Translations under genes and position numbers: made by a program
Shown: positions 1 through 9,156 of the stretch, in pieces
How the letters are laid out: each line of letters begins with the position of its first letter
Numbering within the stretch: position 1 is the stretch's first letter
Notes under the pieces: model-generated
Databases searched by the model: none
What the model was told of the DNA's origin: nothing
Seen by the model: the letters and a program-made list of their open reading frames with translations, nothing else
DNA from: Patescibacteria group bacterium
Lineage (GTDB): Bacteria > Patescibacteriota > JAQUNI01
Assembly: GCA_028717685.1 (NCBI GenBank)
Contig: JAQUNI010000001.1
Location: 481,094-545,093 of the forward strand
Length of the DNA: 64,000 nt
Direction: 5' to 3'

Positions 1-112
1 TAATGACTTTATTTAAAAAAAGGTTCTTAAAAATTTTTTCATTTTAGATTTTAGTTTTTATTTTTTCATTTTCAATTTTTAATTTATTCAAGGGCTCGTA
101 GCTCAAGTCTTG

Positions 113-278
113 CCCCACACCATTTTCTACAAATAAGAGGAAGGGTATATAGCTCAGTTGGTTAGAGCGCTACGTTGACATCGTAGAGGTCTCTGGTTCA
201 AATCCAGATATACCCACAAAAAATAGGTAATGAGGACTGGGAAAGTATTTAATTTTAATAAATAAAATGGTGCGGGGT
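113..278. mobile_element. Inverted-repeat-bounded insert (CCCCACACCATTTT ... AAAATGGTGCGGGGT) enclosing the intact tRNA-Val
   Basis: 14-bp inverted repeat with one mismatch. The same end motif recurs at about 2531-2539, 12191-12232 and 46294-46344. Confidence 0.6.
143..216 (+). tRNA. tRNA-Val(GAC)
   Basis: Acceptor GGGTATA/TATACCC, anticodon arm CTACG-TT GAC AT-CGTAG, T arm TCTGG-TTCAAAT-CCAGA; CCA not encoded. Confidence 0.95.
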
Positions 279-445
279 GAAGTTAGAGCGCTACGTTGAC
301 ATCACAAGAGGTCTCTGGTTCAAGTCTGCACGAGCCCACCTACGCTAAAGCTTCGGTGGGTGAACCCACAAAAAAAGCGTAAAACTAAAAGCAAAAAAAA
401 CGTAAAATAAAAAATTTAATTTAGAATTTATTTTGGAAAGGAAAA

Positions 446-1381
446 ATGAACAAATTTATTGTTCAAGTAAAAGATAAAGAGGAACGGTTGGACAAATTTT
501 TAGTGCGCAAGTTTCCACAATATTCGCGCTCCCATTTACAAAAGAATATTAAAAGAGGACGAGTCGCTGTAAACAGAGAGAATGACAAAAAACCTGATTA
601 CAGGCTTAAAGCGGGGGATATTGTTGAAGCTGACATTAAACCTTTAGAAATGGTTAGTTTGGCTCCAGATAAAACTATCCCTTTAGATATTGTTTATGAA
701 AACGATGATCTGTTGGTAATTAATAAGCGAGCCGGAATTGTAGTGCACGCCGGGGTGGGACGAACAAAAAACAATTTAGTTAATGCTCTGATTGCTCACT
801 ATCCTAAAATTAAAAAAGTGGGCGATGCGCCCGACATTCGCCCCGGCATTGTTCACCGGTTAGATAAAGACGCTTCTGGATTGATGGTAATAGCAAAAAA
901 TAATCCCTCTTTCCAATACCTCAAAGGGTTATTTCAGAAAAGAAGAATTGAAAAGATATATCTCTCCCTAGTTTGGGGCAATTTTAAGGAAAAAAGAGGC
1001 AAAATCAATACGCCTCTGGCAAAGAATCCAAACAATCCGGCAAAAATGGTCGTGGTCCAGAACCCTAAAGATTCCTTGCAAAGACGCGCTAAAGCGGCTT
1101 TAACCGAATTTGAGGTGATAGAACAGTTTGACAATACCGCCTATATTAAAGTATATTTAAGAACAGGACGGCGGCATCAAATCCGCGTCCATTTTAAATC
1201 CATTGGTCATCCTTTAGTCAATGATCGTTTTTATGGTTATCGCAAACAGCGGTTCTTGGGTTCAGGTCGTCTTTTTCTCCACGCGAGCGAATTGACTTTT
1301 ACTTCTCCGCAGGGCAAAAAATTATCATTTACCTCTAAATTGCCTAATGATTTACAAGAAATCCTAACGCAGCAGGAATAA
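446..1381 (+). CDS. rluD: RluA/RluD-family 23S rRNA pseudouridine synthase with S4 domain
   Basis: RLDKFL S4 start, NKRAGIVVH, GIVHRLDKDASG catalytic motif, TGRRHQIRVH, LHA. Confidence 0.9.
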   Translation: MNKFIVQVKDKEERLDKFLVRKFPQYSRSHLQKNIKRGRVAVNRENDKKPDYRLKAGDIVEADIKPLEMVSLAPDKTIPLDIVYENDDLLVINKRAGIVVHAGVGRTKNNLVNALIAHYPKIKKVGDAPDIRPGIVHRLDKDASGLMVIAKNNPSFQYLKGLFQKRRIEKIYLSLVWGNFKEKRGKINTPLAKNPNNPAKMVVVQNPKDSLQRRAKAALTEFEVIEQFDNTAYIKVYLRTGRRHQIRVHFKSIGHPLVNDRFYGYRKQRFLGSGRLFLHASELTFTSPQGKKLSFTSKLPNDLQEILTQQE

Positions 1382-1432
1382 AGAAAGAGGAGGGAGGATA
1401 ATATTCATAAAGCCTCCCGCTATTCCTTATTC

Positions 1433-1930
1433 ATGATTCATAATTCCATGATTCCATTAATAGACGAATTCAAAAAAACTAACATACGCTCGGATGTCCC
1501 AAATTTTCGTCCCGGCTACACTATCCGCGTCCACCAAAAAATCCAGGAAAAAGGAAAGGAAAGAATTCAAATCTTTGAAGGGATGGTTATCGCGCGTAAA
1601 AAAGGAAAAAGCGCGGAAGCCACTTTTACCGTCCGCAAGATCTCTCAAGGAATCGGCGTGGAGAGAATTTTCCCTTTATATTCTCCCCATATTGCCGCAA
1701 TAGAGGTCGTAAAAACCGCAAGGCCCCGTCGGGCAAAATTATATTATCTGCGCCGCCGCGAACGCGAAAAAATGCGACGGGAAGAGAGGGTCAAGAAAAG
1801 AGAAGTGAAAATTGTCAAAACAGCGGATAAGAAAAAAGAAGTACCAGAGAAAAAGCAAGAAACCCCAAAACCCAAAGAAGAAGGAAAACATACAAAAAAA
1901 GAATCTAAACTAAAAAAATCTTCAAAATAA
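1433..1930 (+). CDS. rplS: 50S ribosomal protein L19 with Lys/Glu-rich C-terminal tail (start may be 1448)
   Basis: [46 protein letters not shown]. Confidence 0.95.
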   Translation: MIHNSMIPLIDEFKKTNIRSDVPNFRPGYTIRVHQKIQEKGKERIQIFEGMVIARKKGKSAEATFTVRKISQGIGVERIFPLYSPHIAAIEVVKTARPRRAKLYYLRRREREKMRREERVKKREVKIVKTADKKKEVPEKKQETPKPKEEGKHTKKESKLKKSSK

Positions 1931-1943
1931 AATTGTCTTCCTA

Positions 1944-2028
1944 GCCCAGGTGGCGGAATTTGGTATACGCACAAGACTGAGGCTCTTGGCCATTTTTTGG
2001 CATCCGGGTTCAAGTCCCGGCCTGGGCA
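1944..2028 (+). tRNA. tRNA-Leu(GAG)
   Basis: GCCCAGG/CCTGGGC acceptor, CAAGA-CT GAG GC-TCTTG, long variable arm, GGTTCAAGTCC. Confidence 0.93.
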
Positions 2029-2077
2029 CAAAAAAAATGAAAAATGAAAAATTCAAAACTTAAAATGTCTTAATCTT

Positions 2078-2410
2078 ATGGCAAATTTTGATGACTTCTT
2101 AAAATTAGATATTCGGGTGGGAAAAATTATTGATGCCGAGGAACTGCCAAATCCAAAACACACTACCCATAAAATCACCATTGATTTCGGGGAGGAAATT
2201 GGCAAAAAAGTCTCTGGCGCTCGTCTCGTTCGCTACACCGAAAAACAGTTAATCGGCAAACTGGTCTTAGGCGTTGTAAATTTACCGCCCAAACAAATCG
2301 GGCAATTAGCTTCTGAAGTGCTAACATTGGGAGCTATGGATGCCCAAAAAGAATGCGTCCTCATCTCTCCTGACAGTAAAGATGCAATTATTGGCAGTAA
2401 AATTTATTAA
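2078..2410 (+). CDS. csaA: CsaA/Trbp111-like tRNA-binding OB-fold protein
   Basis: FDDFLKLDIRVGKII, IDFGEEIG.K.S, VVNLPPKQIG...SEVLTLG. Confidence 0.85.
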   Translation: MANFDDFLKLDIRVGKIIDAEELPNPKHTTHKITIDFGEEIGKKVSGARLVRYTEKQLIGKLVLGVVNLPPKQIGQLASEVLTLGAMDAQKECVLISPDSKDAIIGSKIY

Positions 2411-2426
2411 ACCCGCCTAAATTTTT

Positions 2427-2598
2427 GGGTATGTAGACCAGTCTTCTGTCGGGGACGCATAGCTCAGCTGGTAGAGCGCCTCGTTTACACCGAGGAGGTC
2501 ATAGGTCCGAGTCCTATTGCGTCCACAAATGTGCGGGGTGAAACTAAAGCGTCTTGTCTACACCGAGAATGATTGAGATTGAAATCCTACATTGCCTA
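2427..2598 (+). pseudogene. Split, decayed tRNA-Val(TAC) (5' part 2427-2441, 3' part about 2543-2598) bracketing an intact tRNA-Val(TAC)
   Basis: GGGTATGTAGACCAG then AGTCTT junction. After the intact tRNA come GTGCGGGGTGAA, then TAAAGCG-TCTTG-TC TAC AC-CGAGA and a decayed T arm. Confidence 0.65.
2453..2525 (+). tRNA. tRNA-Val(TAC)
   Basis: GGACGCA/TGCGTCC acceptor, CCTCG-TT TAC AC-CGAGG; T loop reads TCCGAGT. Confidence 0.93.
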
Positions 2599-2675
2599 CA
2601 GAGTAAATTAAAAATGAAAAGTAAAAAATGTAAAATTGAATTTTTAATTTTTCATTTTGAATTTTAAATTGTTTT

Positions 2676-2749
2676 GGGCGTGTAGCTCAGTTGGTTAGAG
2701 CGTCGCTCTGATAAGGCGAAGGTCTGTGGTCCGAATCCACACACGCCCA
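2676..2749 (+). tRNA. tRNA-Ile(GAT)
   Basis: GGGCGTG/CACGCCC acceptor, TCGCT-CT GAT AA-GGCGA; T loop reads TCCGAAT. Confidence 0.93.
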
Positions 2750-2815
2750 CAAAAGAAGCTAAAAGTAAAAAACTAAAAACTGCTAAGATATTTTATGGAA
2801 AATGTAGAATAAATA

Positions 2816-3130
2816 ATGGTATTTACAGAGAGTAAAAAATTTCAACGCAATAAAGAAGATTTCACGTGCGTAAAATGTGGTTCTCTGGTTCATGGCAATG
2901 GCTATACCAACCATTGTCCCCATTGTCTTTGGAGCAAGCATGTGGATTTCCAACCTGGCGACCGCCAAGAGGGATGCCAAGGCATGATGCAGCCTATAAG
3001 CGTTGAGCTTCGGAAAGGGATATTTATCCTTACCCATCGTTGTCTTAAATGCGGAAAACGGAAAACTAATCGCGCCGCTCACGAAGACAATTTAGAGCTT
3101 ATTCTGCAACTATCTCAAAACACAAACTAA
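2816..3130 (+). CDS. RNHCP-domain zinc-ribbon protein
   Basis: F.C..CG, YTNHCPHCLWSKHVD..PGDR...C.G.M.P, HRC.KCG. Confidence 0.85.
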   Translation: MVFTESKKFQRNKEDFTCVKCGSLVHGNGYTNHCPHCLWSKHVDFQPGDRQEGCQGMMQPISVELRKGIFILTHRCLKCGKRKTNRAAHEDNLELILQLSQNTN

Positions 3131-3195
3131 TCATTGCGTCACTCTAAATACAAGACCTTAAACCCAGGCTTCAAGGTTTAAACCTGCTAAATAAG

Positions 3196-3252
3196 ACCCC
3201 ATTAGATAACCTCATTCTCTAAACCTATTTAGAAATTTATTTCTAACGGGGT
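3196..3252. repeat. ACCCC(A/G)TTAGA...TCTAACGGGGT mini inverted-repeat (MITE-like) element
   Basis: Terminal inverted repeats; internal sequence resembles the copy at 10649-10797. Further copies at 5211-5241, 5325-5361, 10435, 24633-24664 and 41242-41282. Confidence 0.7.
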
Positions 3253-3311
3253 AAATATAATTTTGGTCAAAGCAGGAAATTTATATTATAATAAAAAGGG
3301 AAAAGATAAAG

Positions 3312-4058
3312 ATGCAAGAAAAAATAAATCCACAACCACTCCCAGGAATAAAAGTCCTCTTTCGAGAAACCACGGATTTTTTTCGGGAACATTTTAGCCT
3401 GCTCATTTCCCTTTCTCTAATTTTAATGGGCATTGTGTTGATTTTTAGTTTTATCTTGGGCATCTTCGGCTCCAGCCTCGCTCTCCTTGTAAGCCTAGCG
3501 AAACAAAAAGTCCTTTTTCTGATAATGATAATTATTTTTGCCATCTTGAGCATCTCATTGCTCATTGCCGCATTGATCTTCCAAATTTTAGCCCAAGGAA
3601 CAGTAATCTTGGCAATTATCCAGAAAGATCATCGCCGTGAAACAGATATCAAAAAAATTTGGCATGAAATTTTTTCCCAAGCTAAATCAATAATTTGGGT
3701 GAATATTCTTACTTTTCTGGCGACTTTAGGCGGTTATCTGCTCTTATTTATTCCCGGCCTCATTTTCGGTCTTTGGTTTAGCTTTGGGATATTCGTCCTT
3801 TTGCAAGAAAAACAAGTTGGACGCGCCGCGCTTAAAAGAAGCAGGGCATTGGTCAAGGGATATTTTTGGCCCATTGCCTTCAGAATCTTTATTCTGACCC
3901 TAATTATTGGCGGATCATCTATTTTCTGTTCCCTGATTCCTCTTTTCGGCAATGCATTAGGGATGGCTATCAGCTTGTTTGCCTTGCCTTTTATGTATAT
4001 CTATCTTTACTTAATATACAAAAATCTTCTTGAGCTTAAAAAAGTGAATCAAAATTAA
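3312..4058 (+). CDS. Multi-pass membrane protein of unknown function
   Basis: About six hydrophobic segments; LLFIPG.I...W and ALKRSRALVKGYFW pattern of a common membrane domain. Confidence 0.75.
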   Translation: MQEKINPQPLPGIKVLFRETTDFFREHFSLLISLSLILMGIVLIFSFILGIFGSSLALLVSLAKQKVLFLIMIIIFAILSISLLIAALIFQILAQGTVILAIIQKDHRRETDIKKIWHEIFSQAKSIIWVNILTFLATLGGYLLLFIPGLIFGLWFSFGIFVLLQEKQVGRAALKRSRALVKGYFWPIAFRIFILTLIIGGSSIFCSLIPLFGNALGMAISLFALPFMYIYLYLIYKNLLELKKVNQN

Positions 4059-4120
4059 TGGTTCGGCCCCGCTCCGCCGAAGTCCGCCTTGGGTGGACGG
4101 AGGCGAGCAAGCTCACCATT
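4057..4120. repeat. Nested REP-like palindrome (TCCGCCGAAGTCCGCCTTGGGTGGACGGAGGCG)
   Basis: Near-identical copy at 12476-12508; related palindrome at about 49742-49759. Confidence 0.7.
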
Positions 4121-4189
4121 AATTCTCGAACTTTCCCGAAATTAAAATAAACATTCAATCATAATTTGCAAAAAAGGAGGTGATAAAAA

Positions 4190-4882
4190 ATGGACACTTT
4201 AGGGTTGTGGGGCGAAAGCATAGTGGACTCTATAAGCAAAGTCTGGGCGAGCTTCATTATTTTTACCCCTAAATTATTTGGCGCGATTCTCGTAATGGTC
4301 TTGGGCGTATTTATCGCGATCGGCATTGCTAAAATCGTCCGCCGCATTATTAACGCTTTTCGTATTACGACTATCCTGCAAAAAACCAATATTGATGAAA
4401 TAGTAGAACGAGCGGGAATAAAATTTGACGTCGGACAACTCGGATACTGGCTAGTGAAATGGTTTCTCGTGATTGCTTTCTTTATGGCGGCTGCGGAAAT
4501 TCTTAATCTGCCGCAAGTGTCGCAATTCCTGGGTAAAATCTTGTTCTATGTTCCCAACGTGATTGTGGCGGTATTGATTATGCTGATCGGCACCATTTTG
4601 GCTAATTTCCTCTACCGTCTGGTGGAAAAAAGCGCTAAGGCTGCCGATTTAACAGTTTCTGCGCGCCTGCTCGCCGAGCTTTCCCGCTGGTCTGTGCTTA
4701 TCTTCAGTTTGATGGCTGCGTTAATCCAACTCAAGATCGCCGCGGATTTAATTCGCACTCTCTTCACGGGATTGATAGCGATGCTCGCAATCGCGGGCGG
4801 GATTGCTTTTGGCTTAGGAGGCAAGGACGAGGCAAAGCGGGTTGTGGAAAAATTGAAAGGTATACGCAATAAAAAATATTAG
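4190..4882 (+). CDS. TM-helix-repeat protein (CmpX / MscS-associated family)
   Basis: PKLFGAILV / PNVIVAVLI repeats, AGGIAFGLGGKD end motif, strong AGGAGGTG ribosome-binding site. Confidence 0.8.
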   Translation: MDTLGLWGESIVDSISKVWASFIIFTPKLFGAILVMVLGVFIAIGIAKIVRRIINAFRITTILQKTNIDEIVERAGIKFDVGQLGYWLVKWFLVIAFFMAAAEILNLPQVSQFLGKILFYVPNVIVAVLIMLIGTILANFLYRLVEKSAKAADLTVSARLLAELSRWSVLIFSLMAALIQLKIAADLIRTLFTGLIAMLAIAGGIAFGLGGKDEAKRVVEKLKGIRNKKY

Positions 4883-5013
4883 ACTAAAAAATCCCATCCT
4901 CCGTAGCGAATAAGAAAAACCGCGCCATAAGGGGTCTATCTATTATGTCTTTGGTATTCTTTAGCGTGGCGGTCAATAATCAAAATCGTTGCGGAGGATG
5001 GGAAAAACATCCC

Positions 5014-5041
5014 TTGACAGTATTTGGGAGTAAGTTATAAT
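5014..5041 (+). promoter_or_regulatory. Sigma70-type promoter upstream of 23S
   Basis: TTGACA (5014-5019), 16 bp, TATAAT (5036-5041); 16-bp spacing is typical of rrn promoters. Confidence 0.75.
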
Positions 5042-5518
5042 GGAAAATAGCTAAAAATTAAATTACTTTAGTTATGTTATATTTCATTTGCTTTATACTT
5101 CAGCGAAGCGGATAAAATCGCATATCTTGTTTTGTTGCCTTGGGGGAACCGCTTCGTCATCAGAGCGGTTTTTTGATTGGTAAAATTTCAAGAGAGAAGC
5201 CGAACTTTTTACCCCATTAGAGAACGAATTTCTCTAACGGGATTTAACCCACCCTTATTCAAAAAATTTCCTTTTCTCTTGAATGAAGCCGCTTCGTAAA
5301 GGAAAGAACCTTGACAATTGAATAACCCATTTCAGATAAATATGAATTTATCTAATGGGGTCAAAAATGATTAGAAAACAAAGGGCGTATGGCGAATGCC
5401 TTGACTTAAAGAGACGATGAAGGACGTAGCAGGCTGCGATAAGCCTCGGGGAGCTGCCAAGCAAGCTTTGATCCGAGGATTTCCGAATGGGGAAACCCTA
5501 TGTAGAAAACCTACATAA

Positions 5519-5817
5519 TCCGCCCAAATTTTTGGACTGTTAAAAATAAAAAGCTCCTCAAAAGGGGAGCATGTTAAAAAAATTGCTGGCAAAAGTGCTA
5601 AAAAAGGAGAGAGGTTGGAATTAATCTCTTGGGGACATAGGAGCTCCTTAGTCTATTTGGCGCGCGCCTTTAGCTCCACAATTCCAGACTTCACTTTCTC
5701 TCCTTTCGTCATGTTTCTTAGAATCTCCTACGTTCAAGAAACTATCTGTAGCTGTATTGCTACTAATAGTATATAGCAAATTCAAAAAATCATCAACAGT
5801 CTAAAAATTTGGGCGGA
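5519..5817 (+). other. 23S intervening sequence in helix 10 (about 300 nt)
   Basis: TCCGCCCAAATTTTTGGACTGTT ... AACAGTCTAAAAATTTGGGCGGA closing stem, between the helix-9 hairpin and GGGGAACTGAAACATC. Confidence 0.8.
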
Positions 5818-5931
5818 AGACAACCCGGGGAACTGAAACATCTTAGTACCCGGAGGAAAAGAAAAAAAATCCGCGCTTTGCGCGGAACATTCCCTGAGTA
5901 GTGGCGAGCGAAAGGGGAAGAGCCTAAACCT

Positions 5932-6034
5932 GTCGCCGCAACTCACTGTGTTCCCCTCACATCCGTTCGGGGTAAACTTTTCAGTTTACTCCGATGAGCG
6001 AAGCGACGAGGAGAGCCTAGCGAGTTGCGACGGC
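5932..6034 (+). other. 23S expansion/IVS near helix 16 with CTCACT...AGCGAG motif
   Basis: GTCGCCGCAA-CTCACT-GTGTTC ... GAGCCT-AGCGAG-TTGCGACGGC. Confidence 0.65.
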
Positions 6035-6237
6035 CGGGGTTATAAGACGAATACGCTATCAGGGCAACCTGGTACAGAGTTTAATAAAATGCGACTTGCC
6101 TAGCAGAAGGCGCCTGGAACGGCCCACCAAAGAAGGTAAAAGTCCTGTACGCGAAAAGCGTTGCATCTCTGACGTATCTCGTTCTTGAGTACTACACCAC
6201 CAGGGAAATGGTGTAGGAAGTCGGGAGTACTACTAAA

Positions 6238-6393
6238 GTCGCTCCTCACTTTTGTTCGGAGCTCCTTAAATTTAAAATGCAAAATGAAAAATGCAAAATT
6301 AAGGTAGAAAATTTTGCTTCGCAAAATTTTATTAATTTTAAATTTTGAATTTGTAATTTTAAATTGGAACGACGAGCGAAAGCGAGGAGCGAT
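6238..6393 (+). other. 23S IVS in helix 22 loop
   Basis: Lies between GGGAG and CTCCCAAGGCTAAATAC; GC-rich ends and an AT-rich ~7-mer core. Confidence 0.75.
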
Positions 6394-6420
6394 CTCCCAA
6401 GGCTAAATACTCTTTAAGAT

Positions 6421-6457
<37 letters not shown>

Positions 6458-6515
6458 CATCCCGGTGAGGGAGATGAAATAGTATCTGAAACCATACGCT
6501 TACAAAGAGTGGGAG

Positions 6516-6708
6516 CCACCGTGCCTCACTGCGTTCGGCACGGAATTTCTAATTTCTAATTAACCGAATTTCTAATCAATTTCTAATGCCTTAATGTCTA
6601 ATGTCCAAAAATTTTTGGTCATTGGGTTATTGGTCATTGGGATTTGATTAGAAATTAAAAATTAGAAATTAGTCATTCCGCCACGCCGAGCATAGCGAGG
6701 CGCGGTGG
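6516..6708 (+). other. 23S IVS in helix 25
   Basis: Lies between GTGGGAGC and GTGACCGCGT, a classical IVS site; TTTCTAA / TTAGAAA repeats inside. Confidence 0.8.
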
Positions 6709-7377
6709 TGACCGCGTGCTTTTTGTAGAACGAACCAACGAGTTAGCTGTGTATTGCTCGTATAAGTCCGTTTTAAGCGGACGTATGCAAAGTGAAAGCG
6801 AGCGTTAATAGCGCGTTTTAATTCATTAGGCAAATAGAATTCTTCTGTTTGCCTTAATAATTAAAGGCAGTACGCACTAGACCCGAAGCCAGACGAGCTA
6901 GCCTTGGTCAGGGTGAACTTTGGGTAACACCAAAGGGAGGCCCGCACCCATTGGTCGTGTAAAGCCATGGGATGAACTGAGGCTAGAGGAGAAATTCCAA
7001 TCGAGTCTGGTGATAGCTGGTTCTCCCCGAAATAGCTTTAGGGCTAGCGTCCTATTTACAAATTTGGAGGTAGAGCACTGGATGGAGCAGGATGGGATTA
7101 CTCCCTACCTGTCCCAACTAAACTCCGAATTCCAAACTTTTACGATAGGGCAGTCAGAACGGCGCGGATAAGCGCGTCGCTCAAAAGGGAAACAGCCCAG
7201 ATTCTTATCTAAGGTCCCTAAGTTCAAGTTAAGTGGTAAAGGAAGTGAGATTACAGAGACAATTAGGAGGTTGGCTTAGAAGCAGCCATCCTTTAAAGAA
7301 AGCGTAACAGCTCACTAATCGATCGTGATCTTGCGCCGAAAATGTAACGGGGCTCAAACTTGACACCGAAGATAGAA

Positions 7378-7549
7378 ACCGTTGCTCCGCAACGGAAGCT
7401 CCAATAATCAAGAATCAAATTCCAAACAAGAACCAATAACCGAAATTCAAATAACCAAACAATCTGGTTTTGAACTTTGGAAATTGGGATTTAAGATTTG
7501 TTTGGAAATTGGGATTTAAGATTTGGAATTTCCGCCGCGGAGCGGCGGT
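7378..7549 (+). other. 23S IVS in helix 45
   Basis: Lies between CACCGAAG and GGTAGGGGAGC, a classical IVS site; ACCGTTGCTCCGC/GCGGAGCGGCGGT stem; TTTGGAAATTGGGATTTAAGATTTG occurs twice. Confidence 0.8.
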
Positions 7550-8080
7550 GGTAGGGGAGCATTCTATATCCAGTAAAGCCAGCCTGTAAGGACTGGTGGA
7601 GGATATAGAAGAGAGAATGTTGGTATGAGTAACCTAAAGTCCGGTGCGAAACCGGACCACCGTAAGTCTAAGGTTTCCTGGGCAACGTTAATCAACCCAG
7701 GGTTAGTCGATCCTAAGTCGCAAAAAACGACGATGGAAGAGTAGGTTAATATTCCTACACTACTATTAATTTTGACGGAGGGACGCCACAGGATAGATTT
7801 CGTGTCCTAATGGTTTAGGCATTGCTGATCCGTAGCCGGAAGAAACAGGCAAATCCGTTTCTTCAATTCCAAACGGCGAAGATTATCAAAAGGTTTATTC
7901 CGCAAGGAATAGGTCAATGAAATTGATTCCAGTGGCCAAGAAAAACTCCTAAAATTAGATTAATAGTACTCGTACCGTAAACCAACACAGGTAGACGGGT
8001 AGAGGATACCAAGGTGTTCGGGTGATCCTTAGCTAAGGAATTCGGCAAAACAACTAGGTGTAAGTTCGCAAGATACCTTG

Positions 8081-8306
8081 CCTCAAAACATTTCGCTTGC
8101 GCTTCGTGTTTCTTAAGAAATCCCAAAAATCAAGCGCCAAGCATCAAACAAATTACAAACAGAAAAATTCCAAGCTTAAAAGGGTTTGGAATTTAGGAAA
8201 TCGAAATTTAAGATTTGTTTGTCTGGCTTCGCCAGATCTCGCGAGAAGCGAGAAAAATTATGATTTGGGATTTTGAGCACGGAGCGCTAGCGGAGTGCGT
8301 ATGGGG
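8081..8306 (+). other. 23S IVS in helix 63
   Basis: Lies between the TAAGTTCGCAAGATA region and GTCGCAGT; AT-rich core plus an embedded GTCTGGCTTCGCCAGA palindrome also seen at about 43097. Confidence 0.75.
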
Positions 8307-8750
8307 TCGCAGTTAAAGATCCAGGACGACTGTTTACCAAAAACACAGGTCCCTGCAAAGCCAATAAGGCAAAGTATAGGGGCTGACGCTTGGCCAGTGT
8401 CGGAACGTTAAGAGCGGGGGTGAAAGCTCTCGCTTTAAGCGCCGATGAACGCCGGCCGTAACTATAACGGTCCTATGGTAGCGAAATCCCTCGTCACTTG
8501 ATTAGTGACCTGCACGAACAGCGGAACGATCCTGGAACTGTCTTAGCTAAGTGCCCGGTGAAATTGCATTTGCCGGTAAAGATGCCGGCTAGCTGTATCA
8601 AGACGAAAAGACCCCGTGGAGCTTTACTATAGCTTGGTATTGATTTGAGGTTTTGGATGCCGAGAATAGGTGGGAGACTTTGAGCGTCAGCTTTCGGGCT
8701 GACGGGAGTCGCAATATGGAATACCACCCTTTCGGAGTCTTAAATCTAAC

Positions 8751-8879
8751 CCCTTACCTAGCAAGGATTTTTGTGGTAAATTAAGAAATTTTAATCGGAT
8801 TTATATTGTGCCTTAATTACTTAAAAATTCTTAATACTTTAGCGAGCCTAAAGGCTCGTATCTTTGCTAGGTGAGGGGG
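8751..8879 (+). other. 23S insertion in helix 79
   Basis: CCCTTACCTAGCAAGGAT ... ATCTTTGCTAGGTGAGGG stem, between TCTAAC and GGTGGGTAGTTTGACTGGGGCGG. Confidence 0.7.
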
Positions 8880-8891
8880 AAAGTGCCTGGT

Positions 8892-8926
<35 letters not shown>

Positions 8927-9079
8927 CAACGGAGGCGCGTATAAGGTTCCCTTGCTCCGGATGGAAACCGGAGTGAAAGTGTAAAGGCATAAGGGAGCCC
9001 TGCTGCGAGGGGTACATCCCGAGCAGTTACGAAAGTAGACCTTAATGATCCGACTCTTACTTGTAGGAGTGGAGAAGCC

Positions 9080-9114
<35 letters not shown>

Positions 9115-9156
9115 GTCGCGCCCAATAGTCCACATAGACGGCGCGGTTCGGCACCT

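Larger units (their letters stand above)
92..338 (+). pseudogene. Split, decayed tRNA-Val(GAC): 5' part 92-107 and 3' part 282-338, interrupted in the D-loop by an insert that contains an intact tRNA-Val(GAC)
   Basis: GGGCTCG (92-98) pairs with CGAGCCC-A (331-338). The 3' part keeps GTTAGAGCGCTACGTTGACATC, but its anticodon and T stems are mispaired. Confidence 0.75.

Noticed and set aside
92-338. Outer tRNA-Val as a functional intron-containing tRNA
   Set aside because: Its anticodon and T stems are mispaired and the insert has no group I/II core, so it is treated as a relic.
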